NCBI GenBank assembly: GCA_043814605.1
Contig: JBDRJV010000007.1
Span: forward strand, 67,354-131,353
Length of the DNA stretch: 64,000 nt
Direction: 5' to 3'
Source of the DNA: Candidatus Omnitrophota bacterium
GTDB lineage: Bacteria; Omnitrophota; Gorgyraeia; B26-G9
Shown: piece after piece, positions 57,240-64,000 of the stretch
How positions within the stretch are numbered: position 1 is the first letter of the stretch
How the letters are laid out: each line of letters opens with the position of its first letter
The notes under the pieces: model-generated
What the model was told of the DNA's origin: nothing
Seen by the model: the letters and a program-made list of their open reading frames with translations, nothing else
Databases searched by the model: none
Program-made: the position numbers and the translations under genes

Positions 57240-57281
57240 AAAGCCTGTTACTTGCAGCCTGTAACTTGTATCCATGAATAT

Positions 57282-58325
57282 ATGAATATTGAAAAATTCA
57301 ATTACCATCTTCCTCCAGAATTAATTGCCCAATATCCTTTAAAAAAGCGTGATCAGTCGCGGCTCTTAGTGATTAATAGGGCTACAGAGGAGATTATCCA
57401 TACAGGTTTTAAAAACATCCTGGATTTTTTTAATCCCGGGGATGCTTTAGTATTGAATAACACTAAAGTAAAACCCGCAAGGATAATCGGAAAAATTGAA
57501 AAAAAAGAAATTGATGTTTTATTGGTTGAACGCATCAAAAAAAATTGTTATTGGATTAAAGCCAAGCCGTTAGCCAAAATTAAAAAGGTTAAAAAAATTG
57601 TTTTTGATAACGGGAATATTGTGGCTAACTATATCCATCATCCGCATGAATATGCCAGAGTTATGTTAATTTTAGAATTTGAGTGTAAATTTGATATAGA
57701 AGAAAAATTGGAACAGATTGGGATGATGCCTTTGCCGCCATACATCAAGCGAAAAACAGAACTGAGTGATAAATCCCGTTACCAGACAATATACGCTCAA
57801 AAGCAGGGGGCAATAGCTGCTCCGACAGCCGGGCTGCATTTTTCTAAACAAATTCTGATGGCTTTAAACAAGAAAAATATTGAAACAATCTATGTTACAT
57901 TACATGTGGGGTTGGGAACTTTTGAGCCAATAAGAACAAATGATATCTCAGAACATAAAATGCACAAAGAAGATTTTGAAATTTCAGCTCAAACAACAGA
58001 AACGATCAGGAAGGTTAAACAGCAAAAAAGCAAAATTTGTGCGGTAGGCACAACCGTGGCCCGTGTTTTAGAAACTGTTACACAAATTCAAAATAATCAG
58101 ATAAAGATCATTCCGCAGGCAGCTACTACGGAAATATTCATTTACCCACCCTATGAATTCAAGGCTTGTGATATGCTGATCACTAATTTTCATCTGCCAA
58201 AATCAACATTGTTGATGCTGGTAAGTGCTTTTGCCGGACGAGAGTTAATCCTAAAAGCATATGCTGAGGCAGTAAAAGAAAAATACCGGTTTTTTAGTTA
58301 TGGGGATTGTATGCTAATTATTTAA
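57282..58325 (+). CDS. queA: SAM:tRNA ribosyltransferase-isomerase QueA
   Basis: LPPELIAQYP, PLPPYIKR, AAPTAGLHF, LHVGLGTF, TNFHLPKSTL, YRFFSYGD. Confidence 0.96.
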   Translation: MNIEKFNYHLPPELIAQYPLKKRDQSRLLVINRATEEIIHTGFKNILDFFNPGDALVLNNTKVKPARIIGKIEKKEIDVLLVERIKKNCYWIKAKPLAKIKKVKKIVFDNGNIVANYIHHPHEYARVMLILEFECKFDIEEKLEQIGMMPLPPYIKRKTELSDKSRYQTIYAQKQGAIAAPTAGLHFSKQILMALNKKNIETIYVTLHVGLGTFEPIRTNDISEHKMHKEDFEISAQTTETIRKVKQQKSKICAVGTTVARVLETVTQIQNNQIKIIPQAATTEIFIYPPYEFKACDMLITNFHLPKSTLLMLVSAFAGRELILKAYAEAVKEKYRFFSYGDCMLII

Positions 58326-58461
58326 ATCGCAGAAGTATGAAATTCAAAATAAAATAAAAAATGACCGAAAGTTAATTTTTTTTCTCTAGTTTTTGCTCCT
58401 TAATGGTATAGGATAAAAGAAAAGGTCAAAATATAGGCGAATGAGTTACCTATTATATTAT

Positions 58462-58490
58462 TTGACTATATAATACACTTATAGTAGCAT
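58462..58490 (+). promoter_or_regulatory. Candidate sigma70 promoter of the paralog array
   Basis: TTGACT-17 nt-TAGCAT, overlapped by the inverted repeat ACTATA-N9-TATAGT. Confidence 0.4.
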
Positions 58491-58625
58491 AACTTTATAT
58501 AGTACCGAACGTTAGATGATTAAAATTAAAATTGAACAAGGAGAAAGAAAAAAGCATATTTTATAAAATATTTTAAAAAAACGGTAATTTTATTAAGTAG
58601 AGATTGGTTTTTCTAAGGGTGAGCC

Positions 58626-59216
58626 ATGGCGAGAGAAAATATTATGCAAGCTTTAATAAAAGGAATGTTTTTAAATATATTGTTAAATTATTTAAAAAAA
58701 AATTCACATGATTTGGTAACAGAAAAAGTAAGTAAAATGCTGGATAAGCCATTAAAATATGTTGATTTTTTTGACTATCCTATAGAAGAATTTATCCTGC
58801 TCATTGAAGAAATTATAAAACAGGTTTTCCCGGATAAAACTTTTGAGGAGGCGTGCTATGAATTAGGCAGAATTTCAGTCGAGGGAATAATTATAAGTCC
58901 TGTGGCAAAAGTGGCTATCGCCTATGCAAAAAAAAATATCCAGGGAGCGATTAAGAATACGCCTTTCTATTTTTCGCAATTTGCCAAAATGGGCAAGGTA
59001 TCTGTTAATCAAAAGAGTGATTATATTTTTAACGTTGTTTTTAAGGCATGGAAGATTTATCCTTATTATGCATACGGTTTGCTTGTTTTTGTATTAAAAG
59101 AAATAGACGCAAAATTAAAGTTAAAATTAGAAGTTGCCAATGTTAAAATTTTAGGTCTAGGTAAGGTTGAATCTGATTTCACCTGCATATTAGAGTTGCC
59201 GGAGGGTAAAAAATAA
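58626..59216 (+). CDS. DUF2378/TIGR02265-like protein, paralog 1
   Basis: KGMFLN, KYVDFFDYP..EF, FP....EEA.YELGR pattern recalled from myxobacterial DUF2378 proteins. Confidence 0.7.
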   Translation: MARENIMQALIKGMFLNILLNYLKKNSHDLVTEKVSKMLDKPLKYVDFFDYPIEEFILLIEEIIKQVFPDKTFEEACYELGRISVEGIIISPVAKVAIAYAKKNIQGAIKNTPFYFSQFAKMGKVSVNQKSDYIFNVVFKAWKIYPYYAYGLLVFVLKEIDAKLKLKLEVANVKILGLGKVESDFTCILELPEGKK

Positions 59217-59274
59217 TCAGAGGGAATAATCTGTGGTGGGCTGATAAAACAAATAATAAAGAAGGAACATAATT

Positions 59275-59847
59275 GTGGAAGGTTTAGGAAAAGGAATATT
59301 CGCAAATATAATTTTGAAATATTTAAGAGAAAATCACCATGAGCCGGTAATCGAAAAAGTAAGTAAAATGCTGGGCAAGCCATTAAAATATATTGATTTT
59401 TTCGACTACCCTATTCCAGAATTTATGATTCTTATCGAAGAAATTGCGAAAGAAGTTTTTCCGCATAAAACATTAGAAGATGCATGCTATGAATTAGGCA
59501 GGATTTCAATTAATAAAGTGTTGGATATTCCGGTGGCGAAGGTTGCTATTGCCTATGCGAGGAAGAATATTCATGGCGCGGTTAAAAATGTTCCCTTATA
59601 TTTCTCGCAATTTGCAAGGATGGGAGAGGTTGCCGTTAGTCAGCCTAATCAAAATAGTTATGAGGTAAGATTTAAGGAATGGCAAGGGTATCCGCATTAT
59701 ACATATGCCATGCTTGTTTTTTCAGTAAAAGAAATAGATCCGAATATGAAGTTAAAACTGGAAGTTAGGGATGTAAAAATTTTAGGAAAAGGTAAAGTTA
59801 TATCTGATTTTTCGTGTATCTTGGAGCTACCAAAAGATAAAGAATAA
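59275..59847 (+). CDS. DUF2378/TIGR02265-like protein, paralog 2
   Basis: Colinear with paralog 1 (KGIFAN, KYIDFFDYP, YELGR, AKVAIAYA); GTG start. Confidence 0.7.
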   Translation: MEGLGKGIFANIILKYLRENHHEPVIEKVSKMLGKPLKYIDFFDYPIPEFMILIEEIAKEVFPHKTLEDACYELGRISINKVLDIPVAKVAIAYARKNIHGAVKNVPLYFSQFARMGEVAVSQPNQNSYEVRFKEWQGYPHYTYAMLVFSVKEIDPNMKLKLEVRDVKILGKGKVISDFSCILELPKDKE

Positions 59848-59898
59848 TTCGATAAATTTCTAAAAAAATAACTAGACAGAAAAAAGATTAAGATTACT

Positions 59899-60471
59899 AT
59901 GCAAAGTATGTTGAAGGGAATATTTTTTAATATATTTTTAAATTACCTGAGAAAAAATAATTATGAACAAGTAATTGAAAATTTCAGCCAGATAACGGGT
60001 AAATCATTGAAATATGTTGATTTTTTTGACTACAGTATTGAAGAGTATATTATTTTAATGGAGGAAATGGCTAAACAAATTTTCCCGGATAAGACAAAAG
60101 AAGCAGCTTACTATGAATTAGGGAAAATAACCGCTATAGCAGTCCTTAATACGTCCATGGCTAAAGTAGGTATTGCTTATGCAAAAAGGAATATTCGCGG
60201 CGCTTTAAAAAATCTGCCGTTTTATTTTTATCAATTTGCAAAAATGAAGGAAGTAAGTGTTAAGCAACTTGATCAAAATAGGTATAAAATAATGTTTAAG
60301 GGCTGGCCGATTTATCCTGATAGTGAGCATGGTTTGTTTAATTTTATCGTAAAACAATTAGATCCGAAAATTAATTTAAAATTCGAGGTTATAAGTTTAG
60401 AAAACCTCGGCCATGGAAAGATCCGGACAGATTTCTCATTTACAGTGGAGTTACCGGAAAGTAAAGAATAA
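59899..60471 (+). CDS. DUF2378/TIGR02265-like protein, paralog 3
   Basis: Colinear with paralogs 1-2 (KGIFFN, KYVDFFDYS, YELGK, AKVGIAYA). Confidence 0.7.
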   Translation: MQSMLKGIFFNIFLNYLRKNNYEQVIENFSQITGKSLKYVDFFDYSIEEYIILMEEMAKQIFPDKTKEAAYYELGKITAIAVLNTSMAKVGIAYAKRNIRGALKNLPFYFYQFAKMKEVSVKQLDQNRYKIMFKGWPIYPDSEHGLFNFIVKQLDPKINLKFEVISLENLGHGKIRTDFSFTVELPESKE

Positions 60472-60492
60472 TTTCTCAGGCGATAATATATT

Positions 60493-60885
60493 ATGGCGAT
60501 AAAATCACACTGGATAATGCATAAGAATAAGAGAATATATTTTGTGGATTATTCAGGATTTGGCCATGATTTTGAGTTATTAAAAAAGGAAATTAAAGAA
60601 TCAACAATTGTAATTTGTGCTCAACCGGAAAAGTTTGTGTTGACGCTGGTTGATGTAAGTAATACTGTGGCTACTTCCCAGGCACTTGACTATCTTAAGG
60701 AATGTTTAAAATCGTCAAATAAACACATGAAAAAAATTGCTGTGCTCGGGGTTGAAGGGCTTAAAAATATACTGATGAAAGCGATCATCAGAATTTTTAA
60801 TCTGAATATAAAGTCTTTTGAGCATACGGAAAAAGCTAAAGATTGGTTGATTGAAAGTGATGAAACTGATGATAAATCTGGTTAA
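60493..60885 (+). CDS. STAS/SEC14 (SpoIIAA-like) protein, paralog 1
   Basis: WI.HK.KRIYF.DYS, LVDVSN, KIAVLGV.G, F...EKAKDWL. Confidence 0.7.
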   Translation: MAIKSHWIMHKNKRIYFVDYSGFGHDFELLKKEIKESTIVICAQPEKFVLTLVDVSNTVATSQALDYLKECLKSSNKHMKKIAVLGVEGLKNILMKAIIRIFNLNIKSFEHTEKAKDWLIESDETDDKSG

Positions 60886-60906
60886 AATCGGGTAAAGGGA
60901 AAAACT

Positions 60907-61293
60907 GTGGCAATTAAATCACATTGGATAACGCATAAGAATAAAAGAATATATTTTATGGATGGGTCAGGACTGGGAGCTAATTTTGAGTTAGCAAAAA
61001 ATGAAATAGATGCGACAGCTTCAGCAGTTTCTACAGAGCCAGAAAAATCAGTATTAATTTTATTTGATGTAAATAATACTGTCGTTACTTCTCAATCGCT
61101 CACCTATCTTAAAGAGGCTCTAAAATTATCAAGTAAGCATGTAAAAAAAGTAGCTTCGATTGGAGTCAAGGGTGCAAAGAAAATAATAATGAGCATGATT
61201 ATCAGGGTGTTCAATCTGAATGTTGAGCCCTTTGATAATTTAGAGCAAGCTAAGGATTGGTTAGTGGAAGGTAATGTTACTGAAAATTCCTAA
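60907..61293 (+). CDS. STAS/SEC14 (SpoIIAA-like) protein, paralog 2
   Basis: Colinear with paralog 1; ends FDNLEQAKDWL. Confidence 0.7.
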   Translation: MAIKSHWITHKNKRIYFMDGSGLGANFELAKNEIDATASAVSTEPEKSVLILFDVNNTVVTSQSLTYLKEALKLSSKHVKKVASIGVKGAKKIIMSMIIRVFNLNVEPFDNLEQAKDWLVEGNVTENS

Positions 61294-61317
61294 AAATTCC
61301 AGGAAGGAGCCAGGCAG

Positions 61318-61698
61318 ATGCCGATAAAGTCACATTGGATAAAATATAAAGAAAAAAGAATTTATTTTTGTGATTATTCAAATTTTAGTGATAAATTTGA
61401 ATTATTAAATGAAGAGATGTCCGGTGCGACTGAAATAATCTGTCAAGAGCCAGAAATTTCCGTGTTGATTCTCGTGGATATAAGTAATAGTTTAGCTAAT
61501 GCTCGGGCTTTTAATCAGGTTAAGGAATATATGAAAAGATCAGGCAAGCATATGAGGGCGATTGCGGTTATTGGCTCAACAAAGGTTCGTAATATCATGA
61601 TCCGGGCTGTAGCACGAATATTTAATTTAGAGATTATGCCTTTTGATGATCCAGAATCAGCTAAACAATGGTTGATCAACAAAGATTTTTCCGCTTAA
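61318..61698 (+). CDS. STAS/SEC14 (SpoIIAA-like) protein, paralog 3
   Basis: Colinear with paralogs 1-2; ends FDDPESAKQWL. Confidence 0.7.
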   Translation: MPIKSHWIKYKEKRIYFCDYSNFSDKFELLNEEMSGATEIICQEPEISVLILVDISNSLANARAFNQVKEYMKRSGKHMRAIAVIGSTKVRNIMIRAVARIFNLEIMPFDDPESAKQWLINKDFSA

Positions 61699-61761
61699 AT
61701 TTAATTAAATTTTTCAGTATGGGTAAACAATTTTTGAATTTGAATTAAAAAGGAGGTAATA

Positions 61762-62226
61762 ATGCGCAGCATTATTAAGATTTTTGTTATTGTTTTAATG
61801 GTAAGCGGGATTGTCAAAGTACAAGCCCAGGAAGAAATTGAAAAACAAGCAGTTTCTCCGGAAGCGGCTGCAGAAATAAAAGAAATATCCATTGAATCGC
61901 TGCCGCCAGTAGTAACAAAAACTGTACCCCAGTCCGGAGACCTGGCGGTTGATCCGGCTTTAAAAGAAATCAGTGTTAGTTTTAGCAAAGATATGATGCA
62001 ACAGGATATGTGGGCATGGGTAATGGTGTCTAAAGATTCGTTTCCCGAAATAACCGGAAACATAAAATTTCTTGATGACGGAAGAACTTGTGTTGCTCCG
62101 GTTGAACTTAAACCTAATAAAACTTATGCAATTTGGTTTAACTCCGAAAATCATACAGCATTTAGATGTATAAACGGCTGCAGTGCTGTACCGTATTTAT
62201 TAGTGTTCCAGACAAAAAGTGAATAA
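61762..62226 (+). CDS. Secreted Ig-like (Big_5-type) domain protein
   Basis: Signal peptide (VQA|Q), PPVVTKTVP..G...VDP...EISVSFSKDM, L.P.KTY, F.T; SD AGGAGG. Confidence 0.68.
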   Translation: MRSIIKIFVIVLMVSGIVKVQAQEEIEKQAVSPEAAAEIKEISIESLPPVVTKTVPQSGDLAVDPALKEISVSFSKDMMQQDMWAWVMVSKDSFPEITGNIKFLDDGRTCVAPVELKPNKTYAIWFNSENHTAFRCINGCSAVPYLLVFQTKSE

Positions 62227-62268
62227 TCGATTCAGGGGATAGGCAGAGTAGGGCTAAGGGGGGGCAGG

Positions 62269-62482
62269 ATGGATGGGGCAATAAAGGGAATATTCTTTCA
62301 AGGACAATTGAAAACTTTAATCGGATATATTCCTGTATGCGCAAATTGCGAGCAAATCAGAGATGATCAGGGGGCCTGGAATCGTATGGAGAAATATATT
62401 TCCGATAGGGCAGAAGTTGATTTTACACAGTATTTGCCCGGAATGCGCAGAAAAATTATACAATGAAGTTTTAAATGAATAA
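62269..62482 (+). pseudogene. Chimeric fragment: DUF2378-like N-terminus joined to a frameshifted CxxC/CxxC C-terminal domain
   Basis: MDGAIKGIFF then LKTL.G.IPVCANC..IRDDQG.W...E.YI; SICPEC continues in another frame from 62429. Confidence 0.72.
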
Positions 62483-62513
62483 AATTTAAAAAAATGAGGG
62501 AGAAAAGGGAAAG

Positions 62514-62801
62514 ATGAAAAAAATAAAATTTTTTAAATATATTTGTGTGCTCGGGGCAATGTTAATTGCTGTCCCGGTAATTTTCGCACAGGATGTTTTA
62601 AAAGATAAGCCAAATGAAAAAAATCTTTTTCAAACAAAATGTGCTAAATGCCATTCACTGGATAAGTCACTATCAAAAACTAAAACATTAGCAGGCTGGC
62701 AGAAAACAACCCAAAGAATGGCAAAAAAGAAAAACAGTGAGATAACTCGGGAAGAAGCAGAAGAAATTGCCGGTTATTTAGCGGATAAAAAGAGTGAATA
62801 G
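62514..62801 (+). CDS. Small monoheme c-type cytochrome
   Basis: Signal peptide, CAKCH heme motif, W..TT.RM (candidate Met ligand), I..YL. Confidence 0.82.
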   Translation: MKKIKFFKYICVLGAMLIAVPVIFAQDVLKDKPNEKNLFQTKCAKCHSLDKSLSKTKTLAGWQKTTQRMAKKKNSEITREEAEEIAGYLADKKSE

Positions 62802-62810
62802 GTAATTTTC

Positions 62811-63017
62811 GTGCAAAAATTTTTAGCTATTTTTAATTTAACTCAATTTCTTTTGCCATTAGGGATTGCTACGTTTACCTGTATTGTGATTACGTTGGGG
62901 TTAGGATTAAATATCCATAAAAATAGAAAACTTTTGCTGCCTTGGCATAAAAGAACAGCTTTTTTAGCTTTGGTACTGGCGTTAATTCATGGGGCAATTG
63001 CCTTGTTTTTATTTTAA
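62811..63017 (+). CDS. Small two-TM membrane protein with His residues
   Basis: Two hydrophobic helices; WHK and LIHG at the two ends of helix 2. Confidence 0.62.
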   Translation: MQKFLAIFNLTQFLLPLGIATFTCIVITLGLGLNIHKNRKLLLPWHKRTAFLALVLALIHGAIALFLF

Positions 63018-63032
63018 AAAAAGGAGGATGAA

Positions 63033-63275
63033 ATGACTTTAGAATTACTAAGGGAAATATTTAAGTGGTGTTCAATTATTAACTTTGGATTATTTATGCT
63101 GAGTATTATTGTTATTTGCTCAGGGCGGGATTGGATCTGTAAAATGCATGGAAAATGGTATAACATACCGGAAGATAAAATATGCGTAATTTTATATCAG
63201 GTAATGGCATTTTATAAAATCAGCATATTAATTTTTAATGTCATACCGTTTATTGTACTAAGTATTTTAACTTAA
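63033..63275 (+). CDS. DUF6868-like small membrane protein
   Basis: WCSIIN.G, H.KW, Y..MA.YK..I.IFN.IP; SD AGGAGG. Confidence 0.7.
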   Translation: MTLELLREIFKWCSIINFGLFMLSIIVICSGRDWICKMHGKWYNIPEDKICVILYQVMAFYKISILIFNVIPFIVLSILT

Positions 63276-63362
63276 ATAAAATTGTTTATTATTGACTAAA
63301 TTTTGTCCTCATACTAAAATATAGCACGTACAATAAAATTATAATTTTTGAAAAAGGAAAAT

Positions 63363-63731
63363 ATGAAATCAAACTGGATAATCCATAAAGAGAAAAGGAT
63401 TTATTTCTGTGATTATTCTAATTTTGGCAGTGATTTTGAGGCATTAAAAGAAGAAATGGTTGCAGTTACCGGAGTTTTGATTCAAGAGCCGGAAAATTCG
63501 GTTCTGATTCTGACAGATGTTACCAATACTGTTGCCAGCCCGAAAGCATTAGATCAATTAAAAGCCGGCATGAAATTTTCAGGTAAACATATGAAACGAG
63601 TTGCGGTTGTGGGAGTAACGGGTGTGCGGAATATTATGCTTAAAGCCGTAGCCCGGACATTTAATCTGAGTATATTCCCGTTTTCGGATATTGAAAAAGC
63701 TAAAGATTGGCTTGTTGAGCACGATCACTAA
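63363..63731 (+). CDS. STAS/SEC14 (SpoIIAA-like) protein, paralog 4
   Basis: Colinear with paralogs 1-3; own candidate promoter TTGACT-17-TAAAAT at 63292-63320. Confidence 0.7.
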   Translation: MKSNWIIHKEKRIYFCDYSNFGSDFEALKEEMVAVTGVLIQEPENSVLILTDVTNTVASPKALDQLKAGMKFSGKHMKRVAVVGVTGVRNIMLKAVARTFNLSIFPFSDIEKAKDWLVEHDH

Positions 63732-63771
63732 TATTTTTTAGCGTGCATATTTTTAACTATTTTTTATAAAA

Positions 63772-63797
63772 CCCCCACGGGCTTTAGCCCGTGGGGG
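63772..63797. repeat. Perfect GC-rich palindrome (IS200/IS605-end or REP-like; may act as terminator)
   Basis: CCCCCACGGGCT-TT-AGCCCGTGGGGG. Confidence 0.6.
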
Positions 63798-63884
63798 CTT
63801 TATTTGCATTATATTTTCTTTCGTGGTATACTTTTTCGTTTTCCATAATATAGTTTTATGTATTAATTAGAATGAGAATAGGTT

Positions 63885-64000
63885 ATGCATATTTTTAAAA
63901 TAAGCAAATCATGCGCTCTTAAGTTAATTGCGGTTAGCTTAGTTAACTTAGTTTTTCTCTTTAATATTACCTCAATTAATGCGGCTGATATCGCAACAAA
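63885..64000 (+). CDS. Partial CDS with signal-peptide-like N-terminus, running off the window
   Basis: ATG at 63885 open to the end: MHIFKISKSCALKLIAVSLVNLVFLFNITSINAADIAT. Confidence 0.5.
   Translation, partial: MHIFKISKSCALKLIAVSLVNLVFLFNITSINAADIAT

Noticed and set aside
58626-61698. Diversity-generating retroelement or shufflon behind the paralog array
   Set aside because: No reverse transcriptase, recombinase, template/variable repeat pair or inversion sites seen; divergence is spread along the genes
812-62344. Numerous 60-170 aa minus-strand and alternate-frame ORFs in the track
   Set aside because: They lie within well-supported + strand genes, lack motifs and read as antisense shadows; only 45212-45745 is accepted on the minus strand
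1-64000. CRISPR array, tRNA, rRNA or prophage genes
   Set aside because: No regularly spaced repeats, cloverleafs, rRNA-like tracts or phage genes were seen by eye; intergenic gaps are short

Overview
AT-rich bacterial chromosomal window, almost entirely on the + strand and using standard genetic code 11. Gene content and pilin style suggest Candidatus Omnitrophota (PVC group); this is an inference, not a lookup. In order: (1) mreD-mrdA-rodA, a soluble PAS histidine kinase with a duplicated unknown domain, and a B12/radical-SAM gene. (2) A ~23 kb type IVa pilus locus: 2x pilT flanking a receiver protein, a stand-alone MshEN protein, 2x pilB, pilC, a c-di-GMP-I riboswitch with a 39-nt palindromic insertion ahead of the minor pilins (including a 912-aa PilX-like protein), pilS/pilR, a sigma54 pilin and a sigma70 pilin, a GAF-GGDEF cyclase, fused pilMN, and pilO/P/Q. 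(3) Housekeeping block nusA-infB-trpS-scpAB-pheA-hisC-aroF-tyrA-cmk-plsC-rpsA. (4) A 1.4 kb accessory islet: a structured non-coding element, an integron-like HNH cassette with attC, and a RAYT pseudogene with GTAG REPs. (5) tyrS, recG, NSS transporter, EF-G paralog, orphan pilin, yebC-ruvCAB-queH-queA. (6) An accessory array of three DUF2378/TIGR02265-like plus four STAS/SEC14-like paralogs, a chimeric deletion scar and a small cytochrome c module. The best candidates for undescribed biology are the DUF2378+STAS/SEC14 array and the multi-layer c-di-GMP/phosphorelay control built into the pilus locus. All family calls are by eye from motifs; no searches were run.
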